Origin: an uncultured bacterium
GTDB taxonomy: Bacteria; Acidobacteriota; HRBIN11; JAKEFK01
Reading direction: 5' to 3'
Assembly: GCA_963777505.1 (NCBI GenBank)
Contig: CAVZQN010000003.1
Span: forward strand, 576,001 to 640,000
DNA length: 64,000 nucleotides
Notes under the pieces: generated by a model
Told to the model about the DNA's origin: nothing
The model's database searches: none
What the model saw: the letters and a program-made list of their open reading frames with translations, nothing else
Shown: piece after piece, positions 1 through 9,043 of the stretch
Position numbering within the stretch: the stretch's first letter is position 1
How the letters are laid out: every line of letters begins with the position of its first letter
Translations under genes and position numbers: made by a program

Positions 1-147
1 GCGCTGCTGACTTTCCTTTACAGCAGTATCCGGCAAACCAACCGTGAACCACTTTGAATCGACTCCGGTATAGCGTAATGCTACTTCCACATCCACACGA
101 TGCGCATCCAGGCCATCCACACAACCACTAATCAACTTCGCTACCAT
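1..147 (-). CDS. comM: ComM/YifB family Mg-chelatase-like ATPase, N-terminal part (runs off window)
   Basis: Manual translation MVAKLISGCVDGLDAHRVDVEV...TVGLPDTAVKESQQR contains the family signature VGLPDxAVKES; SD AGGAGG at ~152-157 on minus strand. Confidence 0.85.
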   Translation of the reverse strand, partial: MVAKLISGCVDGLDAHRVDVEVALRYTGVDSKWFTVGLPDTAVKESQQR

Positions 148-158
148 AAATCCTCCTT

Positions 159-593
159 TTAAGGGGCTTTTTTAACGCCGAGTACGCCGAGTAATTTTTT
201 ATCCGGAAAGCCATTAACGATTCGGCTAATTCCCTGACGAAGTGACACAACATTGAAATTAATGAGCAGACCAACCTTACAATTCGAAAGTCTTAAATAA
301 GAAAGAAGCTGTGCCTTATGAACAGGTAGGATTGACTCAATTGCTTTAACTTCAACAATGATTCTTTTTTGCACAAGCAAATCGATTCTGTATCCACAAT
401 CAAGTCTTAGTTGATCAAATACAACAGGCAGTTGTTTTTGTTTCTCGACACACAATCCTTTTTTGATAAGCACATGAGCAAGACAGGCTTCATAAGCTGA
501 TTCGAGTAACCCTGGACCAAGCTTGGTATGCACGTAAATCGCTCCCCCTATTATTTTTTCCGTGAGCTGATCTAGCTCTTCACTTTCATTCAT
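159..593 (-). CDS. GxxExxY protein (PD-(D/E)XK nuclease-like)
   Basis: LGPGLLESAYE signature; RIDLLV...IVEVK nuclease-like motif; QLLSYL...GLLINF C-terminal motif. Confidence 0.92.
   Translation of the reverse strand: MNESEELDQLTEKIIGGAIYVHTKLGPGLLESAYEACLAHVLIKKGLCVEKQKQLPVVFDQLRLDCGYRIDLLVQKRIIVEVKAIESILPVHKAQLLSYLRLSNCKVGLLINFNVVSLRQGISRIVNGFPDKKLLGVLGVKKAP
168..191 (+). repeat. Left arm of 24-bp perfect inverted repeat enclosing the GxxExxY gene
   Basis: TTTTTTAACGCCGAGTACGCCGAG is the exact reverse complement of 601-624. Confidence 0.9.
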
Positions 594-600
594 CTAATAC

Positions 601-624
601 CTCGGCGTACTCGGCGTTAAAAAA
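601..624 (-). repeat. Right arm of 24-bp perfect inverted repeat enclosing the GxxExxY gene
   Basis: CTCGGCGTACTCGGCGTTAAAAAA. Confidence 0.9.
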
Positions 625-652
625 TAAGAAGAACCGCAAAGACGCAGAAAAT

Positions 653-699
653 AAAAAAGGCGGGTGGGCCGGATAAACCGGCCACAACCCGCCTAAAAA
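653..699 (-). terminator. Probable intrinsic terminator after mltD
   Basis: GC-rich hairpin GGCGGGT-GGCCGG...CCGGCC-ACCCGCC followed by a T-run on the minus strand. Confidence 0.6.
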
Positions 700-716
700 T
701 TTTTAGTGCGACTTAC

Positions 717-2549
717 TTATTTCGTGTAGATCGTCAGACTATCACCAGGATGGATAGAATTCTTTGCAAGACCATTCCAGCGCTTAATGCTGCCTACATC
801 GGTCTTAAAATTGTTGGCAATTCCAAATAATGTATCTCCTCGTTTAACCTGATAAACAATCTTTTTGTTTCCTGATTTGGACGAGGAGGTGGAGGCGATT
901 TTTTTGGTGGAAGATGACTTTGATGATGTTTTGGACGAACTTGTACGTACTGCGAGACGTTCGCCGACTTTTAATGTGTGACGGCTTGAGAATCCGTTTA
1001 ATTCACAGATCCGCTCAACAGAGGTTCCAGTTTTAGCTGCAATGCGGAATAATGTGTCGCCGTGCCGGACCCTGTAATATTGGCTAACCGTTCCTGAACT
1101 GCTTTCAGATGGTGGATAAGAAACCGAGGAACGTCCAATAGGAATAACAACCTTTTGACCCGGAGTAATGATTCCGCCATCGAATGAATTAGCGGCAGAG
1201 ATTGATGTTTCCGAAGTGCGATAAATAGCGGCAATAGAACTCAGGGTTTCTCCTGGTTTTACTTCGTGCTTTCTCCATGTAATCCGCTTTTCTTCTGGAA
1301 TGCTGGCTATCTCAGCAAGGAACACATCTTTCTTGCCTTCGGGAACGCGGATCTCATAACTTGATACGCGCGGCGGAGTTGTCATTCGGACTAGTTCTGG
1401 ATTTAAGAGCTTAATCTCTTCGACAGAAGTACCTGCGCATTCCGCAATGAGTCGCAAGTCAATTGTATAATCGACTGGAATTGCATCATATTTTAACGGA
1501 GATTCAAGCGTTTCTGTAAATCCATACTTCTCAGGATCTTTTGCAATGATCATCCCTGCTAGAATTGCAGGGACATAATTTTTGGTTTCCAGGCGAATAT
1601 ATCGAGTACGAGCCAGATCCCAGAAGTTGGTTACTCCGGTATTTCTCAATCCATATGCGATCTTGTTTTCGCCAGCGTTATAGCCAGCCATAGCAAGATA
1701 CCAATCACCAAACATTCCGTACAGGAACTTCAGATAACGGGCTGCTGCGCGGGTGGATCTTTCAAAGTCAGAACGTTCATCAACCCACCAATCCATTTTC
1801 AGGTCATAATTTTTCGCAGTTGAGGAAATGAACTGCCAAAAGCCCTTGGCTCTTGCTCGAGAATACGCATTAGATTTGAAGGAACTTTCAATAAGCGCCA
1901 TGTATACAAGATCTTCAGGCATCCCTTCTTCTTTGAAAATTTCTTTCATTCGATCGATGTAGCGACCTGAACGAACTAATCCTCCCAAAAACTCTTTCCG
2001 GCGAGAGTTTTGCCAGACCCGGATAAACGATAAAACTGCATCGTTTACCTCAATCGGTAAATCATAGGTAACCGTCTTTAGTTCTTGTTCTACTTCCTTT
2101 TTCGTTTCTTGATCCGGAGGTGGGAAGGTATTAATTTCTTTGAGCTCATCGATTAAGGCAGGTTCAAGCGGCCTTTCTGTAAAACCATCACCTTCTTTGA
2201 GAGCCGCCATTTCGTGTTGGAAAATTTTGTTTTCCAATTCGTCTATGACAGCTTCAATTTTTGGATCAGGATCATGTTGTGATTGATAACTCATTAGAAT
2301 GTCCAATGACTTATCAAATTCATCTTTCGCTTTTTCAAGATGTCCAAGATTCAGCTCACGCTCTCCTATAAAGAAGTGTTCTCGAGCTTGAGCGATCACG
2401 TCATCTGTTGGAGATGTTTTGGCTGGTACGGTAGACTGAGCCGGTGACTTTTCCGGGGTTACTATTGCTGTAATTTTACGTACGCTGCCGCAAGCCCAAA
2501 GACCTCCAAAAAGCAAGCATATGACCACGATAGCGATTGATCGGTTCAT
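717..2549 (-). CDS. mltD: MltD-like membrane-bound lytic transglycosylase with three LysM domains (lipoprotein)
   Basis: SLT motifs ALIESSF, AKGFWQF, AMAGYNAGE, ETKNYVP; LysM repeats (VKPGETL, VRHGDTL, VKRGDTL); lipobox LWAC; start moved to MNRSIA (2549). Confidence 0.88.
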   Translation of the reverse strand: MNRSIAIVVICLLFGGLWACGSVRKITAIVTPEKSPAQSTVPAKTSPTDDVIAQAREHFFIGERELNLGHLEKAKDEFDKSLDILMSYQSQHDPDPKIEAVIDELENKIFQHEMAALKEGDGFTERPLEPALIDELKEINTFPPPDQETKKEVEQELKTVTYDLPIEVNDAVLSFIRVWQNSRRKEFLGGLVRSGRYIDRMKEIFKEEGMPEDLVYMALIESSFKSNAYSRARAKGFWQFISSTAKNYDLKMDWWVDERSDFERSTRAAARYLKFLYGMFGDWYLAMAGYNAGENKIAYGLRNTGVTNFWDLARTRYIRLETKNYVPAILAGMIIAKDPEKYGFTETLESPLKYDAIPVDYTIDLRLIAECAGTSVEEIKLLNPELVRMTTPPRVSSYEIRVPEGKKDVFLAEIASIPEEKRITWRKHEVKPGETLSSIAAIYRTSETSISAANSFDGGIITPGQKVVIPIGRSSVSYPPSESSSGTVSQYYRVRHGDTLFRIAAKTGTSVERICELNGFSSRHTLKVGERLAVRTSSSKTSSKSSSTKKIASTSSSKSGNKKIVYQVKRGDTLFGIANNFKTDVGSIKRWNGLAKNSIHPGDSLTIYTK

Positions 2550-2761
2550 TGTCTTGTTAAATCCTCCAGTACATAAAAAAAGCCCAATACCTCCGGACTC
2601 CCATTTTCCTATTGTATTTCTAAATACTCGCACATCATACTACGTGCCTGTAGTCCTTTTCAATCCCCTAGCCTGTTTTTAGGGCACCAGGGGCTATAGC
2701 GAACTCAATTCCGTTTCTTTTGCGTTCATTCTCTCGTTTTTACTACCGCATTTGCTGGCGC

Positions 2762-4588
2762 TCAATCAACCTTCTTGAAAACGTTGTTCGTACCAGCTAA
2801 ATCGCGCGCTGAAGGCGTAATGATTGTCTTTGAATGGATCCCGATGATTTTGTTTTTTTCGAGGGCTTTTCGGACATCATCTTCACAGACGAAATCAAAG
2901 GTGCCTATCAAGTTGTTTGTCGGCCCAGGATTATGAGTTTGCGGCACAAATGGTACTGCCGGATTCGGAATGACTGTCGTTTTTGGCTCGTGAGGATGGA
3001 TCGGAAAGATTTTGTGTTGTCCTACTGAAACGGCAGGACCCTCAACAGGAAGTTGTGGAGTTTGTTGAACTGACGCTACCGTAGGTGTTGATCGTTTTGG
3101 CATTCTTTCCTCAAGAAAGAGGGCAATACGATCTTCAATTCCTTCCCGGGTTTTTACGGGGGATTTGATCGAATGTAATGACGGCGATGACGTTGCGTTT
3201 TCCGATTTAGAAACCAGGGCCTGTGCAGCCTTGTCGGCTTCACGGATTTCAAAAGCGACCCTTTTAATATTGATCAAGTGCATCGGTCCTATATTGTCTG
3301 AAGTTATGTTCCCACCGACAGCTCCGCAACCCAGGGTCATTGCCGGGTCTAAACCTGTCGTTAAACCAACCGACCCATGAGTCGAAGGGGAATTGATGAT
3401 CATCCGGAAAACAGGGATTCTAATTCCAGTTTCCACAATGAGATCCCGGCTGGTGGAATGGAACGACATCGTATGTCCCATCCCGCCAAAACGGATCAAT
3501 TTCTGGCAAATTTCAATGCCCGCATTGTAATCAGGCACCTCATACAAGGCTAAAACAGGGGACAGCTTTTCGATAGAAAGCGGATATTCCTTTCCAACTC
3601 CTTTAAGCGGTGCGATTAGAACCGGCGTATCCTGCGGCACTTGAATTCCGGCTTGAGCTGCAATGTAAGCCGCAGTTTTTCCAACAATGCGAGGATTGAT
3701 GTTAAAAGTCGGCGTAACCATGATCTTACCGAGCGCATCTATTTCCTGTTCGCTGAGGAAGTAACATTTGCGTTTCTTTAACTCGCTCAGGATCTGGTCA
3801 CGGATCGCAATTTCATAAACGATTGATTGTTCTGAAGAACAAAGGACTCCGTTGTCAAAAGTTTTACCGGTTAACGTGTCCACAACTGCCTTAGGAATGT
3901 TGGCGCTTCGTTCTATAAATGAAGGAACATTGCCTGGCCCTACTCCGAATGCAGGTTTACCGCAGCTATAAGCGAGTCGAACAATACCCATTCCGCCTGT
4001 CGCAAGAATCACGTTCACATTACGGTCCAACATTAACTCATGCGTTCCTTCCTGGCTGACATCGGTCATACAACATATGGATCCGTCAGGTGCGCCTGCA
4101 GACTTGGCAGCCTCCGACATAACTTCAGCAACGCGGCAAATACATCGTTTAGCAGACGGATGCGGACTTAAAACAACCGCATTTCGGCCTTTCAATGAAA
4201 TCAGGATCTTATATATAGCGGTAGAAGTCGGATTGGTTGAAGGAAGGATCGCGGCGACGACTCCAACAGGTTCGGCGATCATCAAAATTTTTCGGTCATT
4301 GTCTTCGCCGATCACTCCAACGGTTTTGATCGGGCGGATGAACTTGTAGACCATCCGGCTCGAAAAGCGATTCTTGATGATTTTGTCTTCTACTTTTCCG
4401 TAGGTAGTTTCTTCAACGGCGAGTCTTGCAAAGTTTTCTGCTTCACGATCTGCAGCTTGAGCAATTGCATCAATAACTTTATCGATTTGCTCCTGAGTGA
4501 ATCGCGCAAGCGCATTGGATGCATCTTTCGCTTTTTGTGCGAGCTGGCGGGCCTGTTGACGGGAAAGTAAATCTTTGTCCGAGATCAT
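2762..4588 (-). CDS. CoA-acylating aldehyde dehydrogenase (EutE/PduP family), BMC-associated, with long C-terminal extension
   Basis: PSTNPTST, ATGG, GVGPGN, catalytic FDNGVLCSSEQ, EKLSPVL, LTLGCG-like motif; adjacent BMC-H gene. Confidence 0.9.
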   Translation of the reverse strand: MISDKDLLSRQQARQLAQKAKDASNALARFTQEQIDKVIDAIAQAADREAENFARLAVEETTYGKVEDKIIKNRFSSRMVYKFIRPIKTVGVIGEDNDRKILMIAEPVGVVAAILPSTNPTSTAIYKILISLKGRNAVVLSPHPSAKRCICRVAEVMSEAAKSAGAPDGSICCMTDVSQEGTHELMLDRNVNVILATGGMGIVRLAYSCGKPAFGVGPGNVPSFIERSANIPKAVVDTLTGKTFDNGVLCSSEQSIVYEIAIRDQILSELKKRKCYFLSEQEIDALGKIMVTPTFNINPRIVGKTAAYIAAQAGIQVPQDTPVLIAPLKGVGKEYPLSIEKLSPVLALYEVPDYNAGIEICQKLIRFGGMGHTMSFHSTSRDLIVETGIRIPVFRMIINSPSTHGSVGLTTGLDPAMTLGCGAVGGNITSDNIGPMHLINIKRVAFEIREADKAAQALVSKSENATSSPSLHSIKSPVKTREGIEDRIALFLEERMPKRSTPTVASVQQTPQLPVEGPAVSVGQHKIFPIHPHEPKTTVIPNPAVPFVPQTHNPGPTNNLIGTFDFVCEDDVRKALEKNKIIGIHSKTIITPSARDLAGTNNVFKKVD

Positions 4589-4646
4589 GCTTCGCAATTG
4601 ATCCGGCTCTAAGGCCAGATTGCGGGATTAACCCGGGCAGACAATT

Positions 4647-4952
4647 TTAGCCCAGATCCTTTTTGGCGTTTTTGTTTGCTTCCTTTAATTGTGGAAGAAT
4701 TTTTTCAACTTCACTATGCGGACGAGGTATAACATGAACCGATATTAATTCTCCAACTCTTCTCGCTGCCGCAGCCCCCGCATCAGTAGCTGCTTTGACA
4801 GCGCCTACATCACCACGGACAAAAATGGTGACATACCCGGAACCAATATATTCGCGGCCGACCATTACAACTTTTGCAGTTTTAACCATCGCATCGGCGG
4901 CTTCTACAGCTCCAACGAGACCTTTGGTCTCCACCATTCCGAGAGCGTCCAT
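4647..4952 (-). CDS. Bacterial microcompartment hexameric shell protein (EutM/PduA/CcmK family)
   Basis: ALGMVETKG...AADAMVK...[10 protein letters not shown]...HVIPRPH; SD GGAGGA before M at 4952. Confidence 0.95.
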   Translation of the reverse strand: MDALGMVETKGLVGAVEAADAMVKTAKVVMVGREYIGSGYVTIFVRGDVGAVKAATDAGAAAARRVGELISVHVIPRPHSEVEKILPQLKEANKNAKKDLG

Positions 4953-5046
4953 CGATTCCTCCATAAGCGATGTAAATTAACACAGAAATCGAGAATTGAA
5001 AAGCGTATCAAAACAAACTTAACCGCAAAGGCACAAAGAGTAGCTC

Positions 5047-5469
5047 TTAAGCCAGTTTCGCGTTCATCGTGATTTTGGCGTTCAAAACCCGCGAAATTGG
5101 ACAGTTTGCTTTTGCAGTATTCGCTGCTTCTTGAAATGCTTTTTCATCCCCACCAGGAATTTTTGCAGTTACATCCAGATTCGATTCTGTAATTGTCCAT
5201 CCGCTTTCAAGCTTATCGAAAGTAACAGTCGCCGTTGTATCAATCGATTCCGGCGTAATTCCTGCCTTTCCTAATTCAGCGGACAATGCCATTGAAAAAC
5301 AACCTGCATGCGCTGCAGCAATCAATTCTTCCGGATTAGTACCTACACCATTTTCAAATCTGGTGCCGAATGAATATTGAGTTTTGTTCAAAACAGTACT
5401 ATCCGTGGAAATATTTCCTTTGCCGTCTTTTAGACCGCCTTGCCAATTTGCCGATGCTTTACGTTTCAT
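5047..5469 (-). CDS. osmC: OsmC family peroxiredoxin
   Basis: GTNPEELIAAAHAGCFSMAL and NCPIS motifs. Confidence 0.93.
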   Translation of the reverse strand: MKRKASANWQGGLKDGKGNISTDSTVLNKTQYSFGTRFENGVGTNPEELIAAAHAGCFSMALSAELGKAGITPESIDTTATVTFDKLESGWTITESNLDVTAKIPGGDEKAFQEAANTAKANCPISRVLNAKITMNAKLA

Positions 5470-5509
5470 GATTTCTCCTTTATCACCATTAATATATACA
5501 TAAGCTGCC

Positions 5510-6694
5510 TTACTTCATCTTTGCTTCAAAGTATGAAGGAGCTACCTGTCGCATTAAGAATTTTGGAATGAGCCCCTGTCTGTAGAAATTAATTCCGGTA
5601 CGAACAAATTTCCCTTTCCATCCAGATTCTTCCGCCTCTTCTTTGATTTTTGAAAAACGATTTAACGCTTCGCGTTCAGCCATATCAAGAATCGGGGAGC
5701 CTTGATCCCATGTTTGTTGCAGTAATCGGGTCAGCCGTGGAGTTAGCATTTTTTCGATTAGACTTCGGATTTCGATCGGCTTCATACCGGCATAAAACAT
5801 AGTTCCACCTAAAACTCCTCCGCAGTTGCTGATGAAATCAGGAACACTCAAAATGCCTGCACGTTGAAGAGCCGTCTCCGATTCCGGCATAATCGGACAG
5901 TTTGCTCCAGATGAAATTATGGCAGCCTTGATGGCTCCAACATTTTCATTATTAATGCTTTCGCCGGCTCCGCACGGACATAGCAATTCCACAGGCAAGG
6001 TTAACAATTCTTCAATCGGGATTTTTTCGGCTCCCTGAAAGTCCTTAACAAAAGCGCTACCGTGTTTTTCGCTGAGGGCAATTAAGTCCGGAACATTAAA
6101 CCCTTTGTCACAAAAGATTGCTCCTTGAGATGTTGAAACGGCAACGATTTTCGCTCCCAGTTCAGAAAGAAATAATGCGACTGCAGAGCCTACTTTTCCA
6201 AATCCTTCGATCGCTGTAGTTATACCCTGGATTTTTTTTCCAATGTGATTTGCAGCAACGAGTGCGCAGACTACAACTGAGCTGGCTGTAAAAAAGCCGG
6301 ACTGTTCGCGCGTTGGCTCTTGGACGTTGTATTCCGATGTTCTAAATGTTTGATCAATTTCCGCGCGCGTTGTGCCCATATCTGAATGAGGATAAAATCT
6401 GCCATCTTTCACAACAGGTTCAATTGCCGCACAAAACTTTCGAAGCAGGGCCAACTTTTCTTGTGGCGAACCTTCCGGATTTCCTATGACTCCGGCTTTT
6501 GCACCGCCATTTGCAATTCCAACAAAACCAAACTTCAGCGTCATTTTGTACGCAAGCGTTTGGAGTTCAGAAAGCGTAACATGCGGGCTAATCCGCAGAC
6601 CGCCGTGTGAATGATTGTTAATCATCGAATCGATGACTACCCAGCCGAAAGGTTTTCGGTCATCATCCAACGCTTCATAACAAACCTTATCCAT
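5510..6694 (-). CDS. Glu/Leu/Phe/Val dehydrogenase family protein
   Basis: GGLR, MTLK, GGAK (catalytic Lys), DMGT, GFGKVG, GANCP, PDFISNCGG; start moved to MDKVCY. Confidence 0.85.
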   Translation of the reverse strand: MDKVCYEALDDDRKPFGWVVIDSMINNHSHGGLRISPHVTLSELQTLAYKMTLKFGFVGIANGGAKAGVIGNPEGSPQEKLALLRKFCAAIEPVVKDGRFYPHSDMGTTRAEIDQTFRTSEYNVQEPTREQSGFFTASSVVVCALVAANHIGKKIQGITTAIEGFGKVGSAVALFLSELGAKIVAVSTSQGAIFCDKGFNVPDLIALSEKHGSAFVKDFQGAEKIPIEELLTLPVELLCPCGAGESINNENVGAIKAAIISSGANCPIMPESETALQRAGILSVPDFISNCGGVLGGTMFYAGMKPIEIRSLIEKMLTPRLTRLLQQTWDQGSPILDMAEREALNRFSKIKEEAEESGWKGKFVRTGINFYRQGLIPKFLMRQVAPSYFEAKMK

Positions 6695-6803
6695 TAACAA
6701 TCCAATGTTTGTAGTTAGGCACGCAGCCGAGCGAACGCGAGGCAGTGCCGTAAAATGCAGAGAACGTGCCTTACTACAATCTGATGACGTCCGCGCTCCC
6801 TTT

Positions 6804-7604
6804 TCACTTCGGTTTAACAACGCGGAAAGCAATGTAGTATCCGGTCAAATATTTTGTAGGCCATCGTTGCAGTACTTCAAAGCGACTCATTATTTTCCCG
6901 GTAAATCGATTCAAAAAATCCCACTTCAAACTTTCGCCAATCCAAGTCAACAAAATTGCAGGAGCGCGAGGTGCATGCGCAACAGCTGTCACATCAGTTA
7001 CTTCCAAACCAAATTGTTCAAGTTGTCGTTTTCCATCTTTTACGCCGCATGTTGAACCAACAAAATATGGAACAAGGCCCAGACGATTTAACCAGTGAAA
7101 TGGCAAATGATTCCGCAGCCAGACAACAGGATTCGATGGATTATCAAGCGTTAACACCATAACACCACCTGGAGCTAGAACGCGTGCCAGCTCCGAAAAT
7201 GCTTTGGAAAGTTCACCTTTTTTTTCGAAGTGATCCAGCGATGAACCGGAAAGAATTCTGCCGATGCAATCGTTCCGTAACGCGACATTCCGCAAATCAC
7301 ATACAAGCATTCCCGAATTATGACCGTTCTGATTAAATCGATTCCTTGCAGCCTGAACCACGGACAGCGATCGATCTATTCCAATTGTTCTACCGCCTAA
7401 ATCCTTCAGCGGCCCTTGCGTGCTGACCGCTTCTTCAAACAAATCCGTTTTCAACGTAAATGAATTTCGTTCCGGAAGCCATGCAACAATTAATTTCCCG
7501 TACACATAACGCATGTAAGAACGCCAGACATCTATCGGAGCGCCCTGCCGAGTCTTTTCAGCAACTTTATCCCAGTACTTAGGATCCATTAATTCGGGGC
7601 TCAT
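6804..7604 (-). CDS. Class I SAM-dependent methyltransferase (divergent motif I)
   Basis: LKTDLFEE, IGID, SSLDHF, ELARVLAPGG. Confidence 0.75.
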   Translation of the reverse strand: MSPELMDPKYWDKVAEKTRQGAPIDVWRSYMRYVYGKLIVAWLPERNSFTLKTDLFEEAVSTQGPLKDLGGRTIGIDRSLSVVQAARNRFNQNGHNSGMLVCDLRNVALRNDCIGRILSGSSLDHFEKKGELSKAFSELARVLAPGGVMVLTLDNPSNPVVWLRNHLPFHWLNRLGLVPYFVGSTCGVKDGKRQLEQFGLEVTDVTAVAHAPRAPAILLTWIGESLKWDFLNRFTGKIMSRFEVLQRWPTKYLTGYYIAFRVVKPK

Positions 7605-9043
7605 TATGAAAGAGCCTTTTTTTTACGAAGTTTTGGTTTGTGTCTGGTATCCGGATGCAGAATCAAAGAATGAAGTGAAGGATATTGACCGGATCCAATC
7701 GAACGATACCAGAAGGTTAACGGATTCGATGCTGAAACATCACTTTGATAACCTGCTATTGCAGCCTGAATAAACTTAATCGGTGTTACGCTGCGCGGAT
7801 CTCCAAGAACTTTTCTGCTAATTTGTGACGGAAAAATAATGTAATAAACATTAAAGAGTAAGAAGGTCCAGAGTACCAGCGCCGTGCTAACTGCGAAAGC
7901 GGGCTTGCGCCAATACAGAATGATTTCGTAAAGCCCTATCACCCAGAATATATATAGATGGGTCAGGAATCGATTTCCGAAACTTGCGCCTGGCCATATC
8001 ACGCGAAAAAAACAAATACTGCCAACAACGCTCAAAATACAAAGCGCTGCCAGAATGGCATAAGGCTTTCGTTTAATGATTCCAACGATCAGACCGCAAA
8101 TCGACAGAATTGTCACTGGTGACCATACAAAAATTCCAATTGAAGGGTGAAATCCGATGCTTCTCAGCACCTTAAACATCCGAAAATAGTCATGAACATC
8201 ATCTGTATTCGGAACTGCATAACCAGTCGTAACAAGCCCGCCATATTGCGTTGTATTGAAACATAACTGAAGTATCAGTAGAGGAATACCCCCTGCAACA
8301 ATTTCGGAAAGTGTAATCAACATGCGTTTTTTGCCGTGTTGTCGTTCGAAATAAAGAAGCCACAAAACGATCGGCGGAATTAGAAAGACATTGATGTTTC
8401 TTAGAAGAACCGATAGTCCCAAAACAAATCCAAGCAAAACATTTCGTAGATGAGATTTTTCGACCTGAGCAGGATCTTTGCGAACGGTAATGTAAAAAAT
8501 CATAGAAACGATAAAAGTATCCGAAGCGTGAATGAATGATGGCGTTGTAAAAGTATAAAAAATGAGTGGAGTGCCACAAAAAATTGCGAAACTAATTAGA
8601 TATGCTGTGGTCTTTTCTGTGCCTACATTCAGTAGCGTTTTGTACGCAACGAAAATTGACAGAAATCCAAACAACAGCGTACCGATGAAAATAGCAAGCG
8701 TATCAGTAAAGGGAAATGTCGCGTTTTGTGCGTAGGGTCTAACTGAATTGAGCGAAGGAAAGAGGGTGCTTAACGCCAGTAGCGGAGCATAGAGGAGGGA
8801 ATAGCCGCAAGAATATTGAGATGCAATGCGATTTGTTATTGGAGATTGGAATGTTCGAAGGTCGCGATACAAATGAGATTCATTTGTAAGATCAAAATTA
8901 CCATCATGAATTAAGCTCTTTGTAAGAGCGTAATAGGTAATTCCATCATTCTGGATTACTGCTCTTCCGTAAAAAAGAGCCATCCCAAAAAAGACAAAGA
9001 GAAACACTGCCGTTGCAGGCACACGACGACTCAACGCACTCAC
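7604..9043 (-). CDS. Integral membrane GT-C type glycosyltransferase (PMT/ArnT-like)
   Basis: Multiple TM helices; DGITYY acidic motif after TM1; LRxIN, GIFVWSP, SFGNRFL motifs. Confidence 0.65.
   Translation of the reverse strand: MSALSRRVPATAVFLFVFFGMALFYGRAVIQNDGITYYALTKSLIHDGNFDLTNESHLYRDLRTFQSPITNRIASQYSCGYSLLYAPLLALSTLFPSLNSVRPYAQNATFPFTDTLAIFIGTLLFGFLSIFVAYKTLLNVGTEKTTAYLISFAIFCGTPLIFYTFTTPSFIHASDTFIVSMIFYITVRKDPAQVEKSHLRNVLLGFVLGLSVLLRNINVFLIPPIVLWLLYFERQHGKKRMLITLSEIVAGGIPLLILQLCFNTTQYGGLVTTGYAVPNTDDVHDYFRMFKVLRSIGFHPSIGIFVWSPVTILSICGLIVGIIKRKPYAILAALCILSVVGSICFFRVIWPGASFGNRFLTHLYIFWVIGLYEIILYWRKPAFAVSTALVLWTFLLFNVYYIIFPSQISRKVLGDPRSVTPIKFIQAAIAGYQSDVSASNPLTFWYRSIGSGQYPSLHSLILHPDTRHKPKLRKKKALS

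Noticed and set aside
168-624. Classical IS element
   Set aside because: The enclosed ORF has no DDE, HUH or recombinase motif and no clear target-site duplication was seen; kept as an atypical candidate element instead
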